Below, piece by piece: positions 10,262 to 20,085 of a stretch of 64,000 bases of DNA; positions within the stretch are counted from its first letter, which is position 1, and the number at the start of each line of letters is the position of its first letter. The DNA is taken from contig OZ243956.1 of the NCBI GenBank assembly GCA_965214405.1, positions 2,208,001-2,272,000 of the forward strand, written 5' to 3'. Under the pieces are notes generated by a model that saw nothing but the letters and a program-made list of their open reading frames with translations, did no database searches and was not told where the DNA came from. The stretch comes from Trueperaceae bacterium (GTDB lineage Bacteria; Deinococcota; Deinococci; Deinococcales; Trueperaceae). The translations under genes were made by a program, and so were the position numbers.

Positions 10262-10936
10262 ATGAATCTTATTCTGGCGGGCGGTCCGGTTCTCATCGCC
10301 ATTCTCATCGTGTCGCTCTACGCGCTCTACCTCTTTTTCGAGCGGCTTCAGAAGCTCGGGCGCGAGCGCGTCGAGGCGGATAGGCTCATGCTCCGGGTGA
10401 ACGCGGCGGTGCGCGACCGCGACTTGGAGGCCGCGCTGAGCGCCTGCGAGAACCACGGCGGGCCGGTGGCGAGGGTGCTCAAGTCGGCCCTATTAAGGCT
10501 CCCTTACGGGCGTTCGGCGGTCGAGGCGGCCTTTCAGGAGGCCTCGTTGGAGGAGGAGCAGCGCCTCACCAAGGGCTTGAGGCCGCTGGCAACCATCGCG
10601 CAAATCGCGCCGCTCTTGGGGCTGTTGGGCACGGTGACAGGCATGATCATCGCCTTTAGCGAGATTTCGCAGCAGGGCACGGGCAATCCCGCCGCCTTGG
10701 CCGACGGCATCGGTCAGGCGCTCGTGACCACGGCGGCGGGGCTTATCGTCGCCATCCCGACTTTGATTGGTCACAACTACTTGGCGAACCGGGTCGACAA
10801 CATCCTTATCGAGATCGACCGCCGCCGCGAGGAGCTGATGGGCAACGTGGTGCAGGTCGTGAGCGCGCGCCGCGAGGAGCGCGGCGGGCCGGTCAACTTG
10901 CGAGAGGACGTGTATGAGCCGCTCAAGACGTCTTAG
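10262..10936 (+). CDS. exbB: MotA/TolQ/ExbB proton channel protein
   Basis: APLLGLLGTVTGMI and GIGQALVTTAAGLIVAIP motifs. Confidence 0.92.
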   Translation: MNLILAGGPVLIAILIVSLYALYLFFERLQKLGRERVEADRLMLRVNAAVRDRDLEAALSACENHGGPVARVLKSALLRLPYGRSAVEAAFQEASLEEEQRLTKGLRPLATIAQIAPLLGLLGTVTGMIIAFSEISQQGTGNPAALADGIGQALVTTAAGLIVAIPTLIGHNYLANRVDNILIEIDRRREELMGNVVQVVSARREERGGPVNLREDVYEPLKTS

Positions 10937-11327
10937 CCGCGCGATGCGCAAAGACCTCTCGCTCGACCTCACGCCGATGGTCGACGTGGTCTTTTTGCTC
11001 ATTATCTTTTTTATGGTGTCAACGACCTTTATCACGCTCGAGTCCGGCCTCCCCGTCGAACTACCCGCCTCACAGACGAGCGAGGCGCAGAGTTCAGACC
11101 TGCCCACCGTTACGGTAAGCCGCGATGGTCAGATTTTTGTCGCGGGCACCGAAGTGAGTGAGGACAACCTTGTGGACACGCTTAGGGGGGTGCTGGCGGA
11201 AAGCGGCGGCGACACGGTGGTCCTGCGCGCCGACCAGTCCGTCCAGTACGGGCTGCCCGTGCGGGTGATGAGCCTTATCCAGGAGGCGGGCGCGCGTAAC
11301 ATTGCCATTGCGACGGGCGGGGGCTAG
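10914..11327 (+). CDS. exbD: ExbD/TolR protein
   Basis: LDLTPMVDVVFLLIIFFMV transmembrane motif with conserved Asp; VLRADQSVQYG. Confidence 0.92.
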   Translation: MSRSRRLSRAMRKDLSLDLTPMVDVVFLLIIFFMVSTTFITLESGLPVELPASQTSEAQSSDLPTVTVSRDGQIFVAGTEVSEDNLVDTLRGVLAESGGDTVVLRADQSVQYGLPVRVMSLIQEAGARNIAIATGGG

Positions 11328-11401
11328 ATCTCACGATAATGTTTTATAAAAACGTCTTAATAACGGTGCTTTCGCCCACACGCTGATAGAGTGACGAAAC
11401 T

Positions 11402-13924
11402 ATGACGACTGAAGAATTTAACAGGGGGCGGGTAAGGGTCTACAAGAGCTTCTGGGGCGACCCGGACAAGCGGCGGGCGCTCCTGCTGTCGCTGTTTATC
11501 CACCTTGCCGCGCTCTTCTTGCTCGTGTGGTTTGTGGTTTTGCCCCAGACGAGGCCCAGAGAAACCTTTATCGTCATCAACGTGGGCACGCCCGAAGCCG
11601 CCGAGACGCCCACCGACGCGCCTACCGCCGAAGCGCCCACGCCGCCCGCGCCGACCCCGCAGGTCGAAGCGCCCGAGGCGCAGGCAAACGTGCCGGAGCC
11701 GCAAGCACAGGATGCGCCCACGCAAGAGGCGAGCGTAGCGGAAACGCCCCCACCAGAAACAACGCCAGCGGAAACAACGCCTCCGACGGAAACAACTCCG
11801 GCACCTCCTCCAGCGCCGCCCGCAGCCGCCCAGACGGACGTGGCTGCTACGCCTCCACCTGCACCGCCTACGCCCGAGGCTCGAGCCCCGGCCCCCACCG
11901 CTGAAGCCCCCGCGCCCGCCAGCGCCGCGCTGCCCGAGGTGGACGAGGTGCAGCTCGAGCCTACCCCGCTCGCCCCTGCCGTGCCCCTCCCCACGCCCAA
12001 CATTACCGCCGAAGCGCCGCCCGCGCGCCTTGTCACGCCAACGCCTAATGTTGAGGTTGCGCCCACGCGTACGGTGCCGCAGCCGCAGATAGAAATGGCG
12101 GTGGCGTCCGAAGCGCCGCTACCTGAACCGCAGATAGCAACCACGGTGGCGACGGCGCAGCCTTTGCCAGAACCTCAGATTGAGACGTCGGTCGCTCGAG
12201 CGGTGCCCCAACCATCCATCGAAACCTCCGTGGCGTCCGAGAGGGCGGTGCCCCAGCCCCAAGTGGAAACATCCGTGGTGGCTGAGAGCGTGATACCGCA
12301 GCCTCAAGTTGATGTAGACGTTCCCCTGCGGACGGTGCCGCAGCCGCAGGTCGAGACGTCTGTTGCCTCTGCGCGTGCGCTGCCCCAGCCCCAAGTTGAG
12401 GCTACCGTGGCGGCGGCGCAGCCTTTGCCTCAGCCCGAGGTAGACACCGCAGTGGCGGCGGCCCGTCCCCTGCCCGAGCCTCAAATCGAAACGTCGGTCG
12501 CTCGAGCGGTGCCGCAGCCGCAAGTCGAGACGTCCGTGACCGCCGCGCGCGAGACGCCTCAGCCCCAAATCGAGACTTCTGTAGCCGCCGCGCAGCCCCT
12601 GCCCCAGCCGCAGATTGAAGCGTCGGCGGCACCCGAGCAGGCGCTGCCGCAACCTCAGGTAGAAACCGCGGTCGCCGCGGCTCAGGCGCTACCGCAACCC
12701 CAGCCGCAGCTCGAGGTCGCCACGGCCCAACCCGTCCCAAACCCCGAGGTCGCGGTGGAGGTTGACCGCTTCGCGCTCGCCGCGGCTGCTGCTGAGGCCG
12801 CGGCGCAGGAAGCGCGGCCTGTGCCAACCCCTCAAGTCGCGGTCGATGTTGACCGTTTTGCGCTCGCCGCCCAAGCGGCTGCGCAAGCGGCTGCGGAAGC
12901 CGCCTCACAACCGACAGCGGAGTCCGCTCCCGCACCTCAAGCCCCGCCAACGCAGAGCCTTGCAAGCGCCGAAGGGGAAACAGGCGGCGACGCGCCTCAG
13001 GCGGGCCAGACCACTGCCCAGCCGCAGGCGGAAGCCTCGGCTCTGGGTGCGGCGGCCGCACCTGACAGTCAAACCCCAACGGGCGCGCCGCCGCTCGAGA
13101 CCTACCGCACCGAGCGCTCCCAGCCGCTAGCCGTGCTTATTGACAACGTGAACGGCTATCCGCAGTCGGGCTTGAGCGAAGCCTCTGCCATCTTTGAGAT
13201 GCCCGTCGAGGGTGGATTAACCCGCCTCATGACCGTGTATGACCGCGCGGACCCCGGTCCGGTGGGACCCGTGCGCAGCGCCCGCGACTACTTCGTCGAG
13301 CTCGCGCGGAACCTGGGCGGCGTGCTCGTTCACGACGGCGGCTCGCCCGCGGCGATTACCGACATCGCCCGGACGCGCACCCGGACCTTTAACGCCTTTG
13401 ACCGGGGTGACCTCTTCTCGCGCGCGCCGGGCCGGAGCGCCCCCTATAACCTCTACTCGAGCGGCGGCTCCTTGCGCGACGCGGTCAACCGACTCTCCCT
13501 GGGCGGCCCCCAAACGGTCGAGGGCGAAATTTACCAGCCAAGTGACGAAGCCGAGGCGGCGGGGGAGGTGTCGGTAGCGTTTTCGGGGGCGTACTCGAGC
13601 GGCTTCCGCTACCTCCCCGAACTCAACCTCTACCGCTGGCAACGCATGGGGCAGGACGCCAGCGACGCCTCGGGTGACGCGGTGGTGGTGGACGCAGTGG
13701 TGGTGGCGCGCATCATCGCCCAACCCCAGCCCAACGACCCGGAGGGGCGACTTTACATCCCGCTACGCGGCGGCGACGCGACGCTCTACTTGCGCGGCAA
13801 GGAAATTACGGGCACCTGGACACCCGAAAACGGCTTTACCTTTATTGGCGAAGATGGCCCCATCGACCTCACGCCCTTTAAGCACTGGGTCATGTTCGTG
13901 CCCGTGGGGGCGGAGGTTTCCTAA
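11402..13924 (+). CDS. TonB/TolA-like membrane-anchored Pro-rich repeat protein with C-terminal DUF3048 (YerB-like) domain
   Basis: N-terminal TM helix with S-x3-H (SLFIH), long Pro/Ala/Glu linker, then PLAVLIDN..PQSGLSEA...EMPVEGGLTRL...GPVRSARDYF...HDGGS characteristic of DUF3048. Confidence 0.75.
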   Translation: MTTEEFNRGRVRVYKSFWGDPDKRRALLLSLFIHLAALFLLVWFVVLPQTRPRETFIVINVGTPEAAETPTDAPTAEAPTPPAPTPQVEAPEAQANVPEPQAQDAPTQEASVAETPPPETTPAETTPPTETTPAPPPAPPAAAQTDVAATPPPAPPTPEARAPAPTAEAPAPASAALPEVDEVQLEPTPLAPAVPLPTPNITAEAPPARLVTPTPNVEVAPTRTVPQPQIEMAVASEAPLPEPQIATTVATAQPLPEPQIETSVARAVPQPSIETSVASERAVPQPQVETSVVAESVIPQPQVDVDVPLRTVPQPQVETSVASARALPQPQVEATVAAAQPLPQPEVDTAVAAARPLPEPQIETSVARAVPQPQVETSVTAARETPQPQIETSVAAAQPLPQPQIEASAAPEQALPQPQVETAVAAAQALPQPQPQLEVATAQPVPNPEVAVEVDRFALAAAAAEAAAQEARPVPTPQVAVDVDRFALAAQAAAQAAAEAASQPTAESAPAPQAPPTQSLASAEGETGGDAPQAGQTTAQPQAEASALGAAAAPDSQTPTGAPPLETYRTERSQPLAVLIDNVNGYPQSGLSEASAIFEMPVEGGLTRLMTVYDRADPGPVGPVRSARDYFVELARNLGGVLVHDGGSPAAITDIARTRTRTFNAFDRGDLFSRAPGRSAPYNLYSSGGSLRDAVNRLSLGGPQTVEGEIYQPSDEAEAAGEVSVAFSGAYSSGFRYLPELNLYRWQRMGQDASDASGDAVVVDAVVVARIIAQPQPNDPEGRLYIPLRGGDATLYLRGKEITGTWTPENGFTFIGEDGPIDLTPFKHWVMFVPVGAEVS
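12074..12905 (+). repeat. coding tandem repeat: about 15 units of 13-15 aa ([VL]PQPQ[IV]ETSVAAAxx) plus two VDRFALAA units
   Basis: Read directly from the translation of 11402-13924. Confidence 0.9.
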
Positions 13925-14066
13925 GTGTCTGCGTCATAAGGATGCTGGGGGAGTCCTAAGGGGAGAGTAAAAAGCAAAGTCGAAAGCTTTCTAGGCTTTC
14001 GTTAGTTACTCTCTCCAAATCCTTTATATGCTCCTTGCTACCTGAAGCAGTGTCGGTTTTTCGCGT

Positions 14067-14837
14067 TTAGCGCCGGACGAGTTCGTCGAAGACGAGGCCG
14101 CGCATTTTGAGGCGGTAGCTCGAGTCGTCTACGTCAATCTCTAAGTAAGCGTACTCGTCGCCGTGGCCGTTGGTGTCGAGCAGGAGCGCGCGGCCCCGCG
14201 AGGCAAAGTTGACCCCGCCGCGCACCGGGGTGTGGCCGTAGACGCCCATGCGGTAGGGCGTATTGACCAGAAAATCGCGCTCCTCATAAATCCAGCGGCG
14301 GCGGTTCTCTAGGTAAAACGCGTTGTCGTAGCGGTTGTGTTCTGGCAGCGGGCCAACGTGCGCAAAGTGGACGCCCTCAATAACTTTCTCAAAAGGCCAG
14401 CTCTCCATCCAGGCGCGCAGCTCGTCGGGGAGCGCTCGCCCCTCTTTCCACTCGAGGTGCGAGACCTCGTCGGTGCGTAAAGGGCCTTGAGTAGGCGTGA
14501 CGGCGTTAAAGTCGTGGTTGCCCATCAAAATGACCATGCGCCCCGCAGGCAGCGCGTCATAAAATCTTTTTACCTCCCACAAAAAAACCTCCTGCGCCTC
14601 TTCCGCCTTGCGCCGGTGCTCAGGGGTGTATTCGTCGTAGCGGCTCGCGTGCGTAAGCTCGGCGTAGCGCTCGCGGCTCTTGGCGTGAACGAGGTCGCCC
14701 AGCAAGATGAGTTTGGTGTCGGGGTCTTTCAGGCGTTCTGTGGGCGCGTTTGCCTCGTCGGCGAGACCCGCCTCGCGTAACATCGTCCAAAATTTAGCTC
14801 GTTGTGCGTGAATGTCTCCGATGACGGTCAGGTGCAA
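14067..14837 (-). CDS. calcineurin-like metallophosphoesterase
   Basis: IGDIH, LGDLVH, MGNHD, AHVG and YGHTP motifs; TTG start. Confidence 0.88.
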   Translation of the reverse strand: MHLTVIGDIHAQRAKFWTMLREAGLADEANAPTERLKDPDTKLILLGDLVHAKSRERYAELTHASRYDEYTPEHRRKAEEAQEVFLWEVKRFYDALPAGRMVILMGNHDFNAVTPTQGPLRTDEVSHLEWKEGRALPDELRAWMESWPFEKVIEGVHFAHVGPLPEHNRYDNAFYLENRRRWIYEERDFLVNTPYRMGVYGHTPVRGGVNFASRGRALLLDTNGHGDEYAYLEIDVDDSSYRLKMRGLVFDELVRR

Positions 14838-14885
14838 AGTAGGTCTCCAGTAGGTTTCTAAGGCCAGTTTACCCCCTGAGAGGGG

Positions 14886-16637
14886 CTAAAGGGTGAGTTT
14901 ATGAGGCTGTGTATGGTTTTGTGTGACGCTCAAGGCATCCTGTCCAGGCGAACTTAGCCTGAGTTTTCCGCGAACGGGCTCGAGTTCCCCATACTCCACA
15001 AGCTCGTTTAACAACGCGCGAATCTCTTCGGGTTGCCAGTGGGCCAGCGCGCCCTTTTGCAACGCCCGAACCGCCCCTTCCAGAGGCTGCGGGTGACGCG
15101 AAAGAAGGTGCAGCGCGGCGCGGTCGTCGTCGCTCAGGGGCGGGCGCGCGGGTCGGCAGCGGTCGCAGCCGCACGAGGGGTCGGAGCTGGCGTTGTCGCC
15201 AAAATACTCGAGCAGCATTTCCCGCCTGCACCGCGCTCGCTCGGCGTAAGCGTGCGCCGCCTCTAACAGCGCGTAGCGTCGTTGCGTGTGGGCCTCGAGC
15301 CTGCGCATGTCAAAGGCGGGCACCTTCCGGTCGTAAGGCGGCAGCAGCGTCGCCTCCAGCATCCCCGTTTCGGGTTGAAAGGGCGCTAAAACTTCCTCCT
15401 CCACGAGCGCCGTGAGACCCTGCCGCACCTTGCCGACGCTCAGTCCAAGGTCACGTGCTAAGTTTCTCACCTTGAGTGTGGCTCCCGCCCCTTGCCGCAG
15501 CGCCAGGTAGAGCTTTTTTAGGTCGAGCGCGCTGGGGCTTGAGCTTTCCACCAGCCACGCCTGGAGCGCCCGGTCCTCGGGCGTATAGAGAAGCGTCGTC
15601 ACGGCCCTCTCGCCGTCGCGCCCGGCGCGGCCCGCTTCTTGGTAGAGGGACTCTAAGGTGCCCGGCAGCCGGTAGTGAATCACAAAGCGCACGTCGGGTT
15701 TATCGACGCCCATCCCAAAGGCGCTCGTCGCCACCACCACGCGCAGCCGCCCCCCCATAAACGCGTCTTGCACCGCGCGGCGCGTTTGGGCGTCCTGACC
15801 TCCGTGGTAGGGGGCGCAGGGCAAACCCCAGGACGTTACCCACGCGCTCACCTCCTCGGCGTCCTGCCGGGTGCCCACATAAATAAGACCCGAGACGAGA
15901 CCTATTCCCTCTCCTTCTGTCAGTAGCGCCTTGAGTTTGCCCGCCTTGGCGCTCGGCCCCGCCACCCTTAGCACGCGGTAGGCGAGGTTGGGACGCTCGA
16001 AGCCGGTGTTGACCCGCACGGGCTGGGTAAGTCCCAACGTCGTAATGATGTCCTCTTGCACCCTGGGCGTCGCCGTGGCGGTGAGCGCGGTCACGGGCGG
16101 CGTGCCGCGTTCTTCAGAGCTACCGTCAAGGCTGGTTCTAAGCTCGCAGCGGGCGCGGCTTAGCAGACGGTAGTCCGGTCTAAAATCGTGGCCCCATTCG
16201 GAGAGGCAGTGCGCTTCATCGACCACGAGTCGACTCACCGCCACCCGGTCGAACACGCCTCGAGACACAAGGGACACGAGTCGTTCTGGAGAAAGGTAGA
16301 GCAGCTTGAGGCGCGGCAAGTTGATGAGCACCCGTTTCTGTTCCTCCTCGCTCAGCGCGCTGTTGAGCGCCGCCGCGGAGATGCCCCGCCGGACGAGCGC
16401 CTCGACCTGGTCTTGCATAAGCGCGATAAGAGGACTTGCGACGAGGGTGAGGCCGGGCGCTGAAAGCGCAGGAAGCTGATAAGTCAACGACTTGCCCGCG
16501 CCCGTGGGCATCACGGCGAGCACATCCCGACCTTCTGAAGCCGCCTTGATGACCTCTTCTTGACCCCGCCGAAAGCTGCGGAAGCCGAAGTGCGCCTCGA
16601 GGAGCATGACAGGACTGGTCACGACAGGGTCGGTCAC
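14886..16637 (-). CDS. recQ: RecQ-family ATP-dependent DNA helicase
   Basis: MPTGAGKSLTYQLP, VVDEAHCLSEWGHDFRPDY, ALTATAT, AFGMGVDKPDVR, QEAGRAGRDG, Zn site CRR...CGCDRC. Confidence 0.93.
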   Translation of the reverse strand: MTDPVVTSPVMLLEAHFGFRSFRRGQEEVIKAASEGRDVLAVMPTGAGKSLTYQLPALSAPGLTLVASPLIALMQDQVEALVRRGISAAALNSALSEEEQKRVLINLPRLKLLYLSPERLVSLVSRGVFDRVAVSRLVVDEAHCLSEWGHDFRPDYRLLSRARCELRTSLDGSSEERGTPPVTALTATATPRVQEDIITTLGLTQPVRVNTGFERPNLAYRVLRVAGPSAKAGKLKALLTEGEGIGLVSGLIYVGTRQDAEEVSAWVTSWGLPCAPYHGGQDAQTRRAVQDAFMGGRLRVVVATSAFGMGVDKPDVRFVIHYRLPGTLESLYQEAGRAGRDGERAVTTLLYTPEDRALQAWLVESSSPSALDLKKLYLALRQGAGATLKVRNLARDLGLSVGKVRQGLTALVEEEVLAPFQPETGMLEATLLPPYDRKVPAFDMRRLEAHTQRRYALLEAAHAYAERARCRREMLLEYFGDNASSDPSCGCDRCRPARPPLSDDDRAALHLLSRHPQPLEGAVRALQKGALAHWQPEEIRALLNELVEYGELEPVRGKLRLSSPGQDALSVTQNHTQPHKLTL

Positions 16638-16719
16638 GGTTGCGCCACCCTACAGCGGGACGGCGAAAACGTGATATCTAAGGCTTCACAGTTTGGATTT
16701 TGACTTATGGCTCTACAAG

Positions 16720-17868
16720 TTAAGGCTTTACCGCTTGCTGCTCGAGCACGGGCAGCGGGTCGACGGGTGTGCCGTCCACGCGTATCTCGAAGTGCAGGTG
16801 CGAACCCGTACTAAAGCCGGTGCTGCCGACCAGCGCGATGATCTCCCCCATCTCAACCGTTTCACCCGCGCCGACCCACAGCTCCGACGCATGGCCGTAG
16901 TAATACTCTTCGTTGCCCGTTTGGATAATGACCAGGTTGCCGTAGCCCGAGCGCCAGCCGCTAAAGGTGACCGTGCCCGCCGTGGCCGCCATGATGGAGT
17001 CACCCGTGTTGCCGTCGATGTCGACGCCCGTGTGGTTGGGCGAGCCGCGGAGCTGGCGGTAGCCAAATTTTGAAGTAACCGCGCCGACGAGCGGCCAGAC
17101 CATGACGACGTCCGCGCCTAACCCAGGCGTCCCCGTGGTCGCGGGTAAAAGGTCTGCTGCCGCCACGACGTGAAGCTTTTGCCCGACGAACAATTTTGTG
17201 CTCCGCAGGTTGTTCGCCGCCATGAGCGCCGATACCGTGGTGTTATGGCGCGCCGCAATGACCGAAAGCGATTCTCCCGCGGCCACGGTGACGGCGGGTG
17301 CCGCCGCGCCCCCCTGATCGGCGGTAGAGGCGTCCGCGTAGCGTCCGGGGATGAGCAGCGTGTCGCCCGGTTGCAACACTTTGCTCTTGCTGAGGCCGTT
17401 GGCACTGCTCAACGTCGCCAAATTGACCTCGTATTCGGCGGCGATGGCCCAGAGGGTATCGCCCGGTTTTACGGTGATCGTGAGCGGCTGGGGCGGCGCA
17501 ACGTCGCCCGACGCCTTGAGCAAGAGGACCTGCCCCACGCTGAGCCCCGAGCCGTTGAGCCCGTTGAGCGCGATAAGGTCGTCGACCGACAGATCAAAAG
17601 CGGTCGCCACGTCGTAAAGCGTGTCGCCCGCCTTGACCGTGTACTGCGTGGGCTGTGCGTCGTCCGGAATTTTCAGGATGGCGCCCGGAATGAGGTCTTG
17701 CCCTGTGAGGCCGTTCGTGTTCAAGATGGCGTCCACGGTGGTGTTGTAACGTTCCGCGAGGCTCCAGAGGGTGTCTCCCGCTTTGACCGTGATCTCGAGG
17801 CTCTGGGCGGCGGTAACGGAGAGCGCGAGGACGGGCAAAAGGATATACAGCAGACGCGACAAAGACAT
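16720..17868 (-). CDS. LysM x4 plus M23 peptidase cell-wall hydrolase
   Basis: Signal peptide, four LysM repeats (VKAGDTLWSLA etc.), HTGVDID and HLHFEIR. Confidence 0.93.
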   Translation of the reverse strand: MSLSRLLYILLPVLALSVTAAQSLEITVKAGDTLWSLAERYNTTVDAILNTNGLTGQDLIPGAILKIPDDAQPTQYTVKAGDTLYDVATAFDLSVDDLIALNGLNGSGLSVGQVLLLKASGDVAPPQPLTITVKPGDTLWAIAAEYEVNLATLSSANGLSKSKVLQPGDTLLIPGRYADASTADQGGAAAPAVTVAAGESLSVIAARHNTTVSALMAANNLRSTKLFVGQKLHVVAAADLLPATTGTPGLGADVVMVWPLVGAVTSKFGYRQLRGSPNHTGVDIDGNTGDSIMAATAGTVTFSGWRSGYGNLVIIQTGNEEYYYGHASELWVGAGETVEMGEIIALVGSTGFSTGSHLHFEIRVDGTPVDPLPVLEQQAVKP

Positions 17869-18317
17869 TGTGAGGCACTGTAACAAAAAATTTCACAGCG
17901 CAACTTAATGAAATTGGGTATAATCTCACGACTTGCTCATGTGAAAAAATTTATATACAGTGGAGTTTTTCATACTCTTTTTACTGGCCTTACACATCTT
18001 ACCCGAAACAAAAGAGGCTGTCCAGAGACTCGGACATCCGGTTTTACGAGCTTTTGGCGGGACAGCCCCGTGTGCAGGCGGGTTCAAAGCACAGAAAGTA
18101 AGTATTGGCGTGGGGCAGCCACTTTCCCAAATCAAAAACGGCTCTTTCACGTATGAGCGGGAACTGTTCAGTGAAAATTATGTAGGTGTTAGCGAACCCA
18201 CAGGGGCGCTGTGCGACTTTATAACAAGTGAAAGCGCCCCACGCCGTTATAATGGCCTCTAGATTTTGTCCTGCCCAGGGGGATAAACGTGGAAAATGTT
18301 CAAATGGCAAACGAAAT

Positions 18318-19700
18318 ATGAACCAACAAGAGGCGGTCGCCGCACCCTTACGTTACCTGCCCCCCTTTGTCCGTGAACGCGTTGAGCGTCGCCCACAGCT
18401 TCTAAAGATTTTATCGAACATGAGCTGGCTCTTTTTTGATCACCTCCTTAGGGTGGTGCTGGGTCTTCTGATAGGAGCCTGGGTGGCTCGCTACTTAGGC
18501 AAGGAGGATTTCGGGCTTCTCAACTACGCCACGACGTTTGTTGCGCTCTTCGGCGCCTTTACCACCCTGGGCCTGACCGATATCGTTATACGCGACATCG
18601 TCAAGGAACCCTCGGCCAAAGAGGAAATTTTGGGCACGGCCTTTTGGCTGAGACTCCTTGGCAGCGTTTTCGTGGTGATCATGAGCGTGGTGATCGTATC
18701 TTTTTTGAGGCCGGGGGACGTGCTGGCGCGTTGGCTGGTCGCTATTATCTCGGTCTCAACCATTTTTCAGTCGTGGCTCGTTATAGACCTGTGGTTTCAG
18801 TCGCAGGTCCGCTCGAAGTACACGGTGTGGTCAAAGAGCACCGCGTATGTTCTCGCCAACATTTTCAAGGTTGCCGCGATACTGCTCGGGGCACCCGTCG
18901 TATACTTCGCCGTTGCTCTGCTCTTAGAAGTCGTCCTCACCGCTGTCGGGCTGGCTTTCAACTATAGAAGGAGGGGTCACAGCTTCAAGGCTTGGCGCCC
19001 GAGTATAACGCGCGCCAAGCACCTGCTGAGCGACAGTTGGCCGCTCGCGCTCTCGAGCCTGATGGTCCTCATCTACATGCGCGTCGACGTCATCATGCTG
19101 GGGGAAATGTCCGGGGACGCGGCAGTAGGCATTTATACGTCCGTTTCTCGGCTGGTGGACTACAGCGCTTTCGTCCCTCTCGTGATCGCCTCGTCGCTCT
19201 TTCCGGCGCTCGTCAAGAGCAAGGAGAAGGGCGTGAAAATATATACGGAGCGTTTGCAGCAGTTTTACGACGTAAACGCCGCCATAGCCTACGGGATCAT
19301 CCTCGTTGCTGTGCCTCTGGCACCCATGTTCATTCTGGGCCTGTACGGGCAAGGCTACGCCGCCGCGACGCCTATTTTCGTCATCTACATTTGGGCCAAC
19401 TTGTTTTCGTACATCGCCATCGCCCGGAGTAGACAGCTCTTAAACGACGGCCTCCTAAAGTTTTCCCTCGTGACCTCGGCGTTGGGCGTGATTATCAACG
19501 TGGGGATCAATCTCCTTCTCATTCCCCAATATGAGGGTGTGGGCGCCGCTATCGCAACCGTTGCGGCGCAGGTAGGGGCGGGTTACCTTTCTTCCTTGCT
19601 CCTGCTAAGGCGGAGCAATGCCTGGACGTTGCAAACCAAAGCCCTCCTGATCCCGCTAAGGTATCTGCTCCTCGGCCTACGGTATCTTGGCAAACATTAG
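18318..19700 (+). CDS. wzx: Wzx-type polysaccharide flippase
   Basis: NMSWLFFDHLLR, VARYLG.EDFG, IYMRVDVIMLG, many TM helices. Confidence 0.88.
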   Translation: MNQQEAVAAPLRYLPPFVRERVERRPQLLKILSNMSWLFFDHLLRVVLGLLIGAWVARYLGKEDFGLLNYATTFVALFGAFTTLGLTDIVIRDIVKEPSAKEEILGTAFWLRLLGSVFVVIMSVVIVSFLRPGDVLARWLVAIISVSTIFQSWLVIDLWFQSQVRSKYTVWSKSTAYVLANIFKVAAILLGAPVVYFAVALLLEVVLTAVGLAFNYRRRGHSFKAWRPSITRAKHLLSDSWPLALSSLMVLIYMRVDVIMLGEMSGDAAVGIYTSVSRLVDYSAFVPLVIASSLFPALVKSKEKGVKIYTERLQQFYDVNAAIAYGIILVAVPLAPMFILGLYGQGYAAATPIFVIYIWANLFSYIAIARSRQLLNDGLLKFSLVTSALGVIINVGINLLLIPQYEGVGAAIATVAAQVGAGYLSSLLLLRRSNAWTLQTKALLIPLRYLLLGLRYLGKH

Positions 19701-19756
19701 CCGACGGTCCAGCCCGCAGTTTAGCCCGCCGTCTAGCCCACCGTCTAGCCCGCAGT
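19699..19756. repeat. 12-bp imperfect tandem repeat (AGCCCGCCGTCT-like, about 4.5 copies)
   Basis: agccgacggtcc agcccgcagttt agcccgccgtct agcccaccgtct agcccgcagt, starting at the wzx stop. Confidence 0.8.
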
Positions 19757-20085
19757 GCCGCTGCAAGGGCCTCCTCCGAAAGGCAACTCGTGCATTTGAC
19801 TCTTGTACCGAATTAAGTCGAGGGAGATTTGGCGACAAGGTCTATAGATTCTACACATGCGCCTGAACGCTATTTTGGCAAGCCAGAATAAAGGATACCC
19901 CAGCGTGAGTCCTTGATATTTGCCAGCCGTCCATGAAGATTCATCCGTAATTGAGTTGTGGTTTGCGGAAGCCGGGTCCGCCACAAAGTGGGGCTTCTTA
20001 CTTAGGCTGTACCTGGTACCGGGTCTGTATCCAATACCGGGGACTTCGAGAAAGGATGTAGTAGATTCTACACTATGGTGATGAT

